Below are positions 38,302 through 51,872 of a DNA stretch of 64,000 bases, one piece after another. Source of the stretch: the human T2T-CHM13v2.0 reference genome, Homo sapiens; NCBI RefSeq assembly GCF_009914755.1, contig NC_060935.1; one strand, given 5' to 3'. Position 1 is the first letter of the stretch. Every line of letters begins with the position of its first letter. The notes under the pieces were generated by a model. That model had not been told where the DNA came from and made no database searches. It saw only the letters and a list, made by a program, of their open reading frames with translations. Both the position numbers and the translations under genes were made by a program.

Positions 38302-41268
38302 TTCTTGACATGAAAGGAAAAAAATAAAGTCTTACATAGTCATAAATTGTTAATTCCAGGGGAGAATATGTTAATTCCTTCCCTGGTGTTTGAAGAGAGC
38401 TGGATTGCTGATACTATAGATCTATAAATTCATAAAGGCCAGAGGCCTCCCAGACAGTCTGGCAGGGCTGGAGTTATCCTTTGCTGATCGCTTCTACTCC
38501 TTCTGCTCCCATCTCTTCTGATACTGGACTCTTGGCCCTGCTCCCCAGATTTAGGTCTGTCTCTGATGAGTTGTAGGCTTATTCTTAGTCTTTCCAGGTA
38601 TTGAAGCTTGGGTTTTTTGGAGGGATTTTAACAAGGGTTGCACTCCTGGCTGTTATCCATGGCTCTATACTGCCTCACACTCCACCCATCCCACCCAAAA
38701 AAGCCCTATTGCTGACACAGGATAACAGTCTGGGTCTGAAACCTAGAGATCTTCATGGTTTAGGAAATGGCACATAATCATTCATGGTGGGAAAATTGTG
38801 GATTTTGAAGTCAGGCCCACCCAAGATGAAATGTCAAGCTGTGATCACTTTCATTTTTACTTAAAAAAAATTCCACTAAGTACATTCTAAAAACAATACA
38901 ACAATGTTTGTATACAAAATATACATGAAAAAACACGGGCTGAAGAATATGTATACAATGGACGATCATTATTGCCCTGAGGTGAATCTGGAAACCAGGT
39001 AGTACAAGGCAGGGAACAAAGGAAACTTCAGGTTTTTCAGTAACAACTTAGGTCTTTTCTTTTTTTAAAAAAATCTGAAGCTATTAGGGCAAAAAGTTAA
39101 CATTATAAAAAATTCTGATCCTGGGTTATGTTATTCTCTCTATTTTTCTACGTTGAGCATCCTTTCATAAATTTGTTTGCTGTTTTTGTTTTTCTATGAA
39201 TTGTTTGTTCATAATCACCTTCTGTTCTTCTATTGGGCTGTTTATCCTTTCCACATTGCTTTGAAGTTATTTATTTCAGTTGAATATGTGTATTGTAGCA
39301 TCTGTCTATGGTTTATATTGTCTTTTGTTTTTTGAGTCTTTTGACAGGCAGTGAGTGATAGAAGAGATAACAGAAAATAACTTATTAAAACTTTTCCTTT
39401 ATGCCTTGAGCTTTTGGTGTACTGCTTAAAATTCCTTCTTACCTTAAGTTCATAACGTTTGCTATTTTCATATGTTTTCTTCGGATAGAATTAAAGTTTT
39501 GTTTTTCCTATAAGTCTCTAATCGGTCTGGAATTAATATTTTTTTGGCAAGAGTAATTTACAGATTTAGTTTAATTTTTTTCTATTTGGAAGTCCAACTG
39601 TCCTAAAACTATTTAATGTTTGGTTACAGGAACACTGTTGATTTTGTATCCAAAATCATGCTGAATTCTCATACACTTTAATAACCATAGATTTTACTCA
39701 ATTTTCCACGTAAATTAACCCCTAGTACTGCAAATAATGACAATTTTGTCTATTAGCCTCATATATCTTATTTCCTTCTCTGGCCTTATTGTAATGTCAG
39801 AATCTCTAGTACAATGTTAAATAGTAGTGAAGATAATGGGCATCCATATCTCATTCTTGACATTAATAAAAATGCTTTCAAACTTTTACTACTAAGTAGA
39901 AGTTTGCTAGAGGCTTTTGTTAGATATTCTTTTATCAAGTTAAAGAAGTTCCCTTATATTTCCAGTTTGCTGAAAATACATTTTTAAAAAATTATAAATG
40001 AATAGGACAAAGTTATGTCTTTCTTTCGCATGATGTGAATGCTTTAAACTGGTTGTTTGAACCTGCTGCTCCTTGAGGTCATTGAGGAGCCCAAATAACT
40101 GCTTTGCCTTTCCTTAGACCACTGTTCTCATTGGGGGAGCAGAGAAGAAAGACTTGGAGGAAGCATGAAGATCTGAAGACCCAGGCCCCAAAGTAGCATA
40201 CAAAAATACTATTCTCATTCCACTGGGGAGAATTTAGTCATAGGGTTATACATAACTGTAAAGGAAGCCAGAAATTGTAGTGTACAACCATCCCTGCCTA
40301 AAATATATGTATTTTTTATTTTTTAAAAACTTTCTATTTCTAGTTATTTTTACTAACATCATTGCTTATTTGTGTTTATCAGAGACAGGAAAAAACCAAA
40401 GTGTTTCTGATACCAGATGTGTAGGGGCTGTTTCCCCACACACCAATCAATTATTTAGCAGATTCTAGCTGGGCACCCTTTAATTCAAGTCAGTTATGAC
40501 ACCACATACCCGGAAATAGCATTAGGTCCCATGGGTTGAGTTCAGTTCCATGACTGGGCCGCTCCAGACGCCATCCACAAGCCCCCAGTTGTCATCTGTT
40601 CTTCTGACCAACCAGCTGTAAATCAGGGTTTCCACAATCCCCTTCCTCAGGTTCCACTAATTTGCTAGAGGGCCTCAAATAACTTAGGGAGACATTTTAC
40701 TTATGTTTGCTGGTTTATTAATAAAGACTATAATAAAGGATAAAGATAAGCAGAGATACATTGGGTGAGTCTGGAAGGGTCCTGAGAGCAGGCATTTCTG
40801 TTCCCATGGGGTTGGGATGTGCCATCCTCCCAGCCCAGGGATGTGTTCACCAACCTGGAGGCTGTCTGAACCCCATAGTGCAGGATTAATCACATAGGCA
40901 TTATCAATTATTAACTATTTACACCCCATCTCTTCTCTCTGAAGAATGCGAGGGTGGGGCCAAAATCTCCAAGCTTATTATCATTGCTTGGTCTTTTTAG
41001 TGACCAGCCCTCAGCCAGGTGCCCACCAAGAGTCACCTCATTACAACAAAAGATGTTCTTATCATTCAGGAAATTCCAAGGAATTTAAGAGCTCTGTGTC
41101 AGATGCTCCTATCATTCAGGCAATTACAAAGACCTTAGGAGCTCCGTGTCAGGAATCAGGGTAAAAGACCAAATATTAGAATAAAATATTCTCCTAGCAT
41201 CCCTGTCTACAAGGATATTAGGAATTCTGTCTCAGGTACTGGGGCAGAGACCAAGTATTAGAACATTA

Positions 41269-41626
<358 letters not shown>

Positions 41627-41666
41627 TTAGAAGCTCTGTGTCAGGGACTGGAGGACTGGAGACAGA

Positions 41667-41669
<3 letters not shown>

Positions 41670-41714
<45 letters not shown>
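41670..41714. repeat. (TA)n microsatellite
   Basis: Perfect TA run of about 22 units. Confidence 0.95.
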
Positions 41715-41722
<8 letters not shown>

Positions 41723-41815
41723 TATATGTTTCTTATAATTTTATTGCTATTTTCTTCATGTATATACACACATATGGAGAGAGAAAGACAGAGAGAGAGA
41801 GAGAGAAAGAGAAAG

Positions 41816-42097
41816 ATAGAATCTTGCTCTGTTGCCCAGGCCAGAATACAGTGTCACAGTCACAGCTCACTGCAGCCTCAACCTCCTGGCTCAAGCAATC
41901 GTCCCACCTCAGCCTCCCAAGTAGCTAGGACTACAATCATGCACCACCATGCCCATCTATTTTTTTTTAAACAAATTTATAGAGGTGAGGTCTCACTGTG
42001 TTGCCCAGGCTGGTCTCAAACCCTTGGACTCAAGCAATTCTCCTACCTCAGTCTCCTAAAGTGCTGGAATTACAGGCATGAGCCACCATGTTCAGCT
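41816..42097 (-). mobile_element. AluJ
   Basis: 'cagctcactgcagcctcaacctcctggctcaagcaatc', J-type antisense. Confidence 0.88.
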
Positions 42098-42989
42098 TCA
42101 TTACGTTTTTTTCTCGATCAGTTGTTAAAGTTTTTTTTTTTCTCTTATAAACTCTGACATTAGTGAAAAAACTGACAAAAATCCAAACGAAGCCTGGAGT
42201 TTAGTTAATAGTAATACATACCAAAGTTGATTTCTCAGTTTTGAAAACTGAATCATAATAGTGTTAGACTCTCACATTAGGGAAAACTGGTTGAGATACA
42301 TAATTTTATCTCTGCAACTTTTCTCTAAAGCTAAAATTATTCCAAAATAAAAACATTCTTTTTAAAAAGCCTTCAGTTGTGTTTATCATTACTACTCTAG
42401 TCTTGTTTTCTTTTTCATTGATTTGTGTCTCTCTTGGTACCACCTCCTTCTTTCTAGTTGCTTTGGGCCCAGTCTGTATTTCTAACTGTTAAGTTTGAAG
42501 GGGTGGGTCATGTTGCCTAAAGGCTGCTATTTGAGCCATATGAACTGTCTCAAATCATGTAATCTCTCTTAACCTGTTACTCCCTCTTTATATAAGTACC
42601 TATAAAATAAGGTAATAATGCCTTCCTTCTAAAGTGGATACAAGGTTAAATGAAAGCATACATTTAAAACACTCATAACATAGTAAGCAGTTAATAAATA
42701 ATTGTTGCAATCATCATCATCATCATCATTCTTACAAGGAGAATCCATGACAAAGTGTTTTGGGTGTTTTGAATACACACAGTGAAATTTGATGGGGTTA
42801 ATTTTTGGGTAATACTAGTTTTATTACCTGCATGAACACATTTTTTTATATTTTATTCACAATTCTTGTGCCATAAAATTCCTTAGAATGCTAATCAAAA
42901 CTGATGACGAGTTATGTGAAAGGATGCAGAAATATGTTTGTAGGAAAAAAATAAGTAAAGAAATTGCATTTGCTTTTGGTCTTGTATGT

Positions 42990-43472
42990 TGTATTGGACA
43001 TTCTCTATTTATCTTTCCATCCCATGCTCCACCCCTCTATACTTCTACATCCTGTTCTGCCTCGCTGGGAAGCTAATCCCTATGTACTGAGTCAACCGGA
43101 TTCCCTATTCTTTCCCAAGGAGAGATGTCAGTAGGAGATTGGAAGGTGAGAAGAAGGAATATGTAGAGTATTTTTTTCCCCTGGCTCCTCTGTTGAAGAC
43201 CACCGCTCCTTTTAGGTAGTTCTCCTTACAATTACCACTATAGATGTCTCCAAATTCAGGAAACCTATTTTTTCCTTATTTCCTCTCCACTGGCTCTTCA
43301 GACCTGAAAATGATAACATCCTAGAGGTTGCCAGTATTAGGATATTTCATCCTTCCTTTCAGGTTTCTCTTAACCTTGCCAACACCTTTATGTTGAAATT
43401 ATGAAATCACCCCTTCACTAAACTCTTCTCAATTAACCTGTTTAAGTGTGCTACCAGTCTTATCACTAATGC
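42990..43472 (+). mobile_element. LTR33-like ERVL LTR
   Basis: 'gtaggagattggaagg...ccctggctcc', 'aaactcttctcaattaacctgtttaagtgtgc'. Confidence 0.55.
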
Positions 43473-44015
43473 ATGTTTTTCACTATTTACAATTCAATTT
43501 GCCACCATAGCTGAATTTTGAAAACTGTTGTTAAAAACGGCACCCAAGGTCCAGAGGAAATTAGTCCAATATACTTACCTGCAAACCTGCAACTCCAAAT
43601 ATTAATAAATGAAAGCACTGAAGTGATGACTGCCTACACTCGTCTTTAGATATATTGCCTTTTTTTAACTACTATTTCAATGCCTATTCCCAAGGATAAT
43701 ACAGGGCGCATGAAGACATAATTTAAATAGTCAACATTTCCAAGCATTTGCTATATTCCAGGTGTCCTTCTAAGCTATTTTAATCATTGAAATTGCCCCA
43801 TGAGGTAGTTGCCACTAGTATCCACTCTGTTTTATAGATGAGAAAACTGAGATGTAGAAAAGTTAAGAAATTTGTTTAGGATCAGATGATAAGCAAGTGG
43901 TCAGGATGTGATTTCAACCCAAGCATTTGGATTCCCACACCAGCACTTGGAACCATTGAGTTGCAATTGGCCCAACAATGTAGTTGTGAGATGACTTTCA
44001 AGCCAATTTCAAAAG

Positions 44016-44521
44016 GTGCCAGTCAGAGTTTCAGCATGAAATAGATGGCATACTGAAAACTGGCTATTTGAGGAGTATTTAATAAAGATCACATTACAGG
44101 GTTTAGGGAGACCAACAAGCGATGGTGCAATGCCTCAGGGCTAGTAATAGTGAGGAAATGTTACCATACCTAGTCCTAAAAGGACAAGAGGAGGAAATGA
44201 ATGGTTATTGGAATCTGGAATAGTTACTAGCTGTAGCTTTAGCTATAAGAGAAGGCTGCCAAGCAAGAGCTATGGCATTTGACTGAAAAATGCAGCCAAT
44301 ATTGCCATGACCATATAATGAAGGAGCCAGGAGAAGAAATACTTCCCTCTCATTTCTCTTCCATCTACCCATCTCCTGCTGATCTCTCTTACTGTTCAAA
44401 CCCATTGTAAACCAGAGAGCCAGGAGCCCAAATGATATAATCTATAAAGCTTTCCCTCCCAGGGGCCAGAGGCCAGAGCAGGGTGGAGAATGGTATAGAG
44501 GGGAAACAGAAAATACCCAGT
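44016..44521 (-). mobile_element. LTR33-like ERVL LTR, opposite orientation
   Basis: 'atggcatactgaaaactggctatttgaggagtatttaataaag', 'ggagccagg...cccatctcctgctg', 'agagcagggtggag'. Confidence 0.55.
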
Positions 44522-46809
44522 AGAGTGAATTTTTCTAATTAAGGAAATATTTTTGCTCCTGGAATAGTTTTATACAAGACTGAAATCTAAAATAAAATGG
44601 TCATATTCAACAAGGTGTTAACAAAGATTCCTTCTCCTCTTTATTTTAACTGCTTTTGAAAAGGAGTTAAGCTTTTGTGAATATCCACACATACTGTTTG
44701 TTTAGTTAAGTCTCTGTGGCAAAAATGTTTATATGTCTGTGAGTCTGTAGATATAACCCAGTGGATAGAAGCCACAGTTCGGTCTATTATCAACTCAGGA
44801 ATAGCGATTCTCCTTTAGGCTACTGTGTAGCATTGTCACAATACATAAAGAAGTGCTATAGGCTAGAATAATTTAAACTCATTCACGTCTTTAATGCTGG
44901 AGCTTGGTAGATCCAATCATAGAAGTTTTCTGAAACTTCAGCAACGGTATGAACTTTCTGGATTATCTGTTTTAACTTCCCACTCATGGAGGGAATACTG
45001 TCCATAAGAAAATTCTAAAGGATCATTTTCGAATCTATAAATCAATTTTCCAAACCATGAACCCACAAATCAAGGAGACAGAACTTTCTGAAACTCTATA
45101 ACACTACTGATCTGCAATTCTCACCTTTTTCAGAATGGGTTTTTTTCCCTCTCCCATTATTTTTTCTACCATATCCTACTTTACACTTAATTTTTTAAAT
45201 TTTTCTTTAAGTTATCTATGTTTTTCAATAAACAGCAGTCAGACTACAGCAATGTGGAATGGAAGAGTGAATTAAAACTCTGTTCACCTATCTAAGCATT
45301 TTTCAGAGAAACAGAAAAAAAGTTAATATCTTATGCTTGGTGCAAGCTAGCATATTTACAAGGAAAGGCTTATGTGTATATCAAGGATTGTGTATTACAT
45401 GCTTCATTTGACTTACACAATAAGGTAGATACTAACATGTCCATTTTTACAGGTACGAACATTAATTAATTTCCTATGAATAAACAGCTAGACCCAAGCC
45501 CTAATTCTGTCACTTTAACCAGTGTTTCCGAAGGAAGTAAAGAGAAAGAAGGAAAAATGCCTCTGGAGGGGATGCCTGAAAATATTTGTGTGTGGGCATT
45601 TTTTTAAATGTCACAATAATTGGGGAATGCTATTGGTGGCCAAGGGCAGCCTTAAGTATCCCGCAATGCTCTGGACAGTCTAACATAACAAAGAACTCAT
45701 CTACACAATCATGCTCAATTAAGAAACACTGACCAATATCACCCTAAAATAAAATGGAAGAACACTGAAATTGTTTGTTTTTGAGGTAAAAATTAGAATG
45801 TTCCAGTATTTATTATCTTATGGAATTTGATTATGTATCTATGTCTTTTAAAAAATGTGATGGGGGAAGAAGTTACATTTTCATAGAGAAATCTTATGGA
45901 CATGGATGACGAAAGTGAAAGCTGAAGGAAAACTGTTATACTCTAAAGCAAATAGAGGGCCATGTGACTGTAAAGTCACATTCTGGAAGCCTCATTTTAC
46001 ATCATGGTTAAAATTGGTATGAGAAAGGAAAGAACTATTGTGTAGATTGACAGTATTTATTATTTGTTTCAGGCAATACTCTGTAAGCAGTTGAACTGGC
46101 TCTTGAAAAATGTTTCTGGGAAACCTTATTGTTAGCTCATCTCTTCTTTCCCAGTGGATAAGTTATGCCTCAGCCATTGGCTCGTGTGCTTTTTTGTTCA
46201 TGTCAGATAAGGTAAATTGCTGGGAAAGTGGCGAACATTTTGAACTTGCTAAGAGGGCCTCCCTTTTGCTCTAATTAGAGAGGTGCAGACAAGAGAGGGA
46301 TCTTCTTCAATGATTCAGCCGCCATAAATCTTCCCATTTTCAGGCCCTTCCTACTTCATGCCCACCTCCACACATGCAGGGACTCTCTACCACAGTGATT
46401 TTAAATTGGTATTCAGTGGCTACCACACATTTCCTTGGGTGTAGGGATTGGGGTGTAAATGAGGGGTAGAGGGAGTGTGGACTCCAGGCAGTCTGATTCC
46501 AGAACACCAGAGTGTATATCAGGTTCAACCCTAGCTCTACCACTTATTAGTTATGCAGCCTTCAGCTAGTTACTTAGCTTCTCCATACGTAAATTGGAGA
46601 GAAAATAGTAGCACTTACATCATGGAGTTGTTGTGAAAATTAAATGAAATGATGGGAATAAAAGTATCTGACCCATAATAAATAGTCAGTAAATGCAAAC
46701 TATTAGTATTAATCATCTGACCCTATCCTATCTCCACAGCTTCAACTCCTTTACATTTCCTCATGGTATACTTTGATTATATCAGATTAACCAGTTAGCA
46801 TTTCCCAAA

Positions 46810-47186
46810 TGTATTAGTCCATTCTCATGCTGCTAATAAACACATACCCAACACTGGGTAATTTATAAAGGAAAGAGGTTTAATGGACTCACAGTTCTGC
46901 AGGGCTGGGGAGGCCTCAGGAAACTTAAGGAATCATAGCAAAAGGCGAAGCAAACATGTCCTTCTTCACATGGCTGCAGCAAGAAGTGCAGAGCAAAGAG
47001 GGAAAATCCCCTTATAAAACCATCAGATCTTGTGAGAACTCACTCACTATCATAAGAACAGCAGCATGGGGGTAACCGCCCCTACTATTCAATTACCTCC
47101 CACTGGGTCTCTCAGATGACACATGGAGATTATGGGAACTACAATTCAAGATGAGATTTGGGTGGAGACACAGTCAGACCATATCA
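46810..47186 (-). mobile_element. THE1C/D solo LTR
   Basis: 'tgtattagtccattctcatgctgctaataaa...gatgagatttgggtgg...accatatca'; perfect TSD ccaaa. Confidence 0.9.
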
Positions 47187-47448
47187 CCAAACTACCTTTC
47201 TGCTGTGGCTCGTGCTGCACTTCTTGTAAGAAATACCACTCTTCTCTTTGGGCACAACCCCACTGTCTTTTTAAGTTCAGCTAAAATGTCCACTAGGTTC
47301 ACTTATCAGAATGAACTTCACTCTCTTGACTTCTGTGTTAGGCACACGGCAAATATTCAGTCCCCAACTCCTCTTTTCTGACGTAGCCCGACTTTGAGGC
47401 CCAATATGCCAAGCCCCAGTAAGGGTCATGCTTGCTTTATAGCAATTA

Positions 47449-47503
47449 TTAGGTTGGTGCAAAAGTAATGCAGTTTATGCCATTAAAAGTAATGGCAACA
47501 ATC
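47449..47503. mobile_element. MADE1 (Hsmar1 MITE), one TIR largely lost
   Basis: 'ttaggttggtgcaaaagtaatgcagtttatgccattaaaagtaatggcaa'. Confidence 0.85.
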
Positions 47504-49039
47504 TGTTTTCTGTGTTCCCAAACCCCACTGTACCTGAGAGTGCTCATGTGACTCATTTCTGACCAATAGGATATAAGGGCAGGGCGCTGGGGCAATCTAC
47601 CTGGAAACCTTTGCTTTCCTGTTAAAGAAACTGGCGTGGCTGCAGTGCTTCTCACACCTCCCTTTCCTCTTTCCTTCATTGGAGATGGTAACTCCATACA
47701 GCAGTGGCTGTCTGTGACAATGGGCTGTAAACACGAGGGAAAAGTCAAGACAACTGATGAGAGGTTGGCTCAAACATGACTGAGTTGTTAACCAAGACTT
47801 GAAGCCACTTACCCTCATATTTATAAATATGTGAGAAGATCAGGCTTTATTTTTAAAAACGGTTGAAAGTCAAATTTTCTATTATTTGCAGCTAAATGAA
47901 TTTCTACTTAAAGAAAAGTAAAATTCCTTAAAAATCAACAGCTCAGATATTTTTCTGTTAATAAATATTGTATATACTCATAGAAAATTTGTGAAGTACA
48001 GAAGGGTCTTTGGTAGATTAATTTTCTAAATATTTTGGGTCTCTCCTTATAGGGGGAATATGATTCCTCCTCAAGAACATAGGATTTGGCAGTGTGGCTT
48101 GTTTTGATCAATGAAATGTGAGAGAAGGGACATGTGCCACTTTCAAGAAAAAGCCTTTATTTTATTAAACCTCTGTTACGAGACTGCAGTATCCCAAATC
48201 GAGGCGTATCCTTCAGGCATGAATAAGAGAGAAGAGAATGTAGACCTGTTATATCCAACCCCACAGTGGACATGAAGATGAGACAGAAATAAGATTTGGG
48301 ATGATTTCTTTTTGAATCATAACTGAACCTAAGCTGACAGATTTAGAACAAGAAGAAGGAGAAGGGGGAGAAGGAGGGGGAGAAAATGTGTAATTCCCCT
48401 AACAGGAAGCAAATACTATTAGTGATTTTCTTCATTAAAATTACTGTTAATAATTTGGTTAATTTACTAAATTACTAATAGAAGCTATTATTACTATTAG
48501 CACTAAATTACTATTAGTAATCTTATTGCATATTTTAAATATTTGAGATAGGCCATATTTTTCTCAAAAGCCTATATAATTGTTTTCCCTTGCTATTAAA
48601 AATCTGTAGATTGTACTTAATGATAACTTAATGTCTCATTGTTCAGAAACCCTTTTCACAGACCACAAAGAGGGCATTTGTTTTATTACTATTCGTGTGA
48701 ACATAGAGTCCTCCCTAGAATTCCTTATTTATTTATGTAGTTAAGAACCCAGCAGAATACCCGTATATAAGCTCTCAAAATTCTTTCTTCGAGAGAAGTA
48801 AATAAGAAATGAACAAAAATCATAAAGCAGACAGAGATACAACAGGAGGCATGGAAAAAGTGTCAACAATACATACCACATTTTGCCTGGTTCCGTGTTT
48901 CATTTTGGAGTTAATCATTTATAACTTCTGGGTCTATATTCCCATTATAGCCCATTTCTCACTACCTTGTGAATATTCATGAGAAGATTCCAGAGAACCA
49001 AGTGCTTAAAGGAGACTGGTTTTTGGTCATGTCATTAAT

Positions 49040-49830
49040 TAAGTAATTTATTCATATATTTAGAGTAAATGCCTGTTATGTGCCAGGCCATGTTCTAGGT
49101 CCGGCAGATACAGCAGTGAATATGACAGGCAAGATCTCTGCTTTTTGGAATTTTGCATTCTGCTAGTGATGGAGGGGAAGCAGAAAACAAAGAAGTTAAG
49201 AAATAAATGATGAAAAATTTTGTATAGAGATAAGTGTTATGAAGAGACTAAAACAGGGAGTCATGAGAGCAAATGGGGAAGTAGGAAGGGAGTGGGTGGC
49301 TTTAGCTTGGGTGGTGAGAAAAGTCCTCTCTCAGGAGGTGACAATCGAGTTTTTGGCCTGCATGACAAGAAGTATGCAGCTACATGAAGATGTAAGGGAT
49401 GAGTATGCCAAACAGGGAACAGCAGATTCACCCACGAAAAGAAAGAAGAATAATGTGATGAGTGAGGAGAGTAGGAAGAGATGAGCTGAGGTGGCCAAGA
49501 GTTACCAGAGTTTGAAAGACCATGGTGAGGACTTTGGATTTATTTTAAGAGGAATGGAGAAGCCAGTGGAAGGATTTATGCATTGGAGCAAAATCAGAGT
49601 AAAGTCTGATTTATATTCTAAAATGTTCACTTGGCTGCTGCATGGAACATGGGTTGCTGGAGGATAAGAATGGAAGCAGATAGACCATTTGGAACCATTG
49701 TCATTCTCCAGAGAAGGGACGATAGTGGCCTAGACTAGGGTGATGGTGGTGAGATGGAGAAAAATGAATGGGTTGGAAACATGTTTTGAAAGTAGAGCCA
49801 GCAGAACTTGTAGGTAGATTATACATGTGT
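49040..49830 (-). mobile_element. LINE-2 fragment
   Basis: 'atgtgccaggccatgttctagg...gatacagcagtgaa', 'ggactttggatttatttt', 'gagatggagaaaaatg...ttttgaaagtagagcc'. Confidence 0.7.
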
Positions 49831-50484
49831 TGGGTCTCCTTTGTGACTTGTGCAGTGTTACTGGATGTGGACATTAGTGTCAAATGTCTCTGCTGGAATC
49901 CTGGCTCTACCACTTACTAAAATTGGGCAAGTAATTAAACTGTTCTTCAGTTTGTGTATCTGTGAGAAACTTCATAGAGTTGAATAAATGCGTTAACGCA
50001 TGTGAAGTGTTTAGCACCTGGCCCACAGGCAGCATTTGATAAATTTTAACTATTACCATCATCATAGTTATTATTATTAAAACTGTGCAATCTATAGATT
50101 TTTTTTATTCAGAAACAAGTGTACCTAAAGCACTTAGCTTTAAGTGGGTAGTGAATAGAGGACATGGAACAAGTAATGCAGGAGATTTATCTCAGGAGAC
50201 TCATGTCTCTCAAAGGGATAACTTCTCCAATTTTTCTCTGTGCTGAATGGATGGAGACTTATTTTCCTATGCCAGTGATAAGTCAGTGTGGGATATAAAA
50301 CCTGTTCAGAATGAAGCATAATACTTTTTTTCATCTTTGGTAATTCCCCCTAAGATCTTCCTCTTTATTCCTGCACATTATTCATCTGTAATATAAAGGA
50401 GATAATATGGAAATTAAAGTGCTAATTTCACTTGCTATGGGAATCAGACCACAGTATGGGGATTAAGAAACAAAAGAACAGAAA

Positions 50485-50498
50485 ACACACACACACAC

Positions 50499-50531
<33 letters not shown>
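50485..50531. repeat. (CA)n microsatellite
   Basis: Seen directly, with one interruption. Confidence 0.93.
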
Positions 50532-50533
<2 letters not shown>

Positions 50534-50769
50534 CACCTTCCCAGAGAGATTGCTTTGACCCTGTGGATTTTTATGAACAATTTTCACAGCATTGAGTGGA
50601 AAAAAATCCCCTTTTATTGCTAAATTTCTTAACACCATAAGGTTTAGTGGTACTCACAGTAATTTGTGGTTCTATTCATGGGTTTCTTAACCAATAGACT
50701 ATGAGAAATGTTGGAGGCAAGGTATATACTTTGAAGTCTGTCTTATTGTTAGATTTTTTTCACTCATAG

Positions 50770-51015
50770 TAAAAGCTACCATATGTTGACTACTAACCAT
50801 GTGCCAGACACTGTGCCAAGTTTCCCACATATCCGATCTTATTTAATTCTTACCATAACCCTGCAAGATAAAAATTGTTATTCCCATTTTGGAGAAGATA
50901 AAACTGAGGCTTAAGAAGTTAAGTAACTGGCTCGAAGTTACTCACAGTAGGTTGTAAAGCTGGGGACTTGAACCTAGATCCATCTCTAAATGCTATGCTC
51001 TTAACCACTGTGTTG
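50770..51015 (-). mobile_element. MIR SINE
   Basis: 'atgtgccagacactgtg...ttcccattttggagaagataaaactgaggcttaagaagttaagtaact'. Confidence 0.75.
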
Positions 51016-51559
51016 TAATACCTATACCTGCCAAATGTTTTATTGAACTTTATGTAAATTACATATGTGCTTTATGTGAAATGAAAATCCATGAAAATAA
51101 AAATATAGCTTTTTAGAGGAGTAAAGGCAAACAGATTTACATATGATAATTCAGGTTGCATAGGATACCTTGTTTGTAACTCAATTTTAGAATCACTATC
51201 TTAAATTGCTTACCCTGTGGTTTAAGCACAAATGTGTAAAACTTTCTTCTTTTTTTCTAAGTTAAAAATCACTTGTCCTGCAGTTTGAAGACAAGTGGAC
51301 ATGGGAAATAAACCTTGAAATATTAGATTCATGTATGGCTTGGTTTTGTCTTCAAATCACTGTTCTAATCACTTCTGACCATGAACCTTGTCAATTTGAC
51401 ATTTTGTTTATTTCAGAAAGAAATAATATAGACTGAAGTCATAATGTCAGGAGAGTGTATAAAAATCCTCCCCTACTCCATCTCATCCCAAGGAAAAGTG
51501 CAATAGTATTACCTTTCACATATTAACTCCTTCAGTTCATAAGAGGAAAATATCCTAGG

Positions 51560-51872
51560 ACTGCACTCTCCAAGATGGTAACATTAGCCTCACAGGGCTA
51601 TTGAAATACAGCTAATCTGAACTGATATGTGCTCAAAAGTGCAAAATACACACCATATTTTGAAGACTTATAAAAAAAAAGAACATAAAATATCTCAATC
51701 ATTTGTATTGGTTACATGTTGAAATGATAGATAATACTTTAGAAACAGTGAGTCAAATAAAATAGATTATTAAAATTAATTTCACTTACTTATTTTTCCA
51801 TTTTTAATGTGAATACTAAAGAAGTGAAAATTGCCCATGGAGCTCACAGTATTTTTCTGCTTGATAGTGCTG
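51560..51872. mobile_element. MER33-like hAT-Charlie
   Basis: 'gtgcaaaatacacaccatattttgaagactta', 'attaaaattaatttcactt...tttttaatgtg'. Confidence 0.65.

Noticed and set aside
47449-47503. miR-548-like hairpin from MADE1
   Set aside because: The right TIR is mostly missing, so no full pre-miRNA stem.
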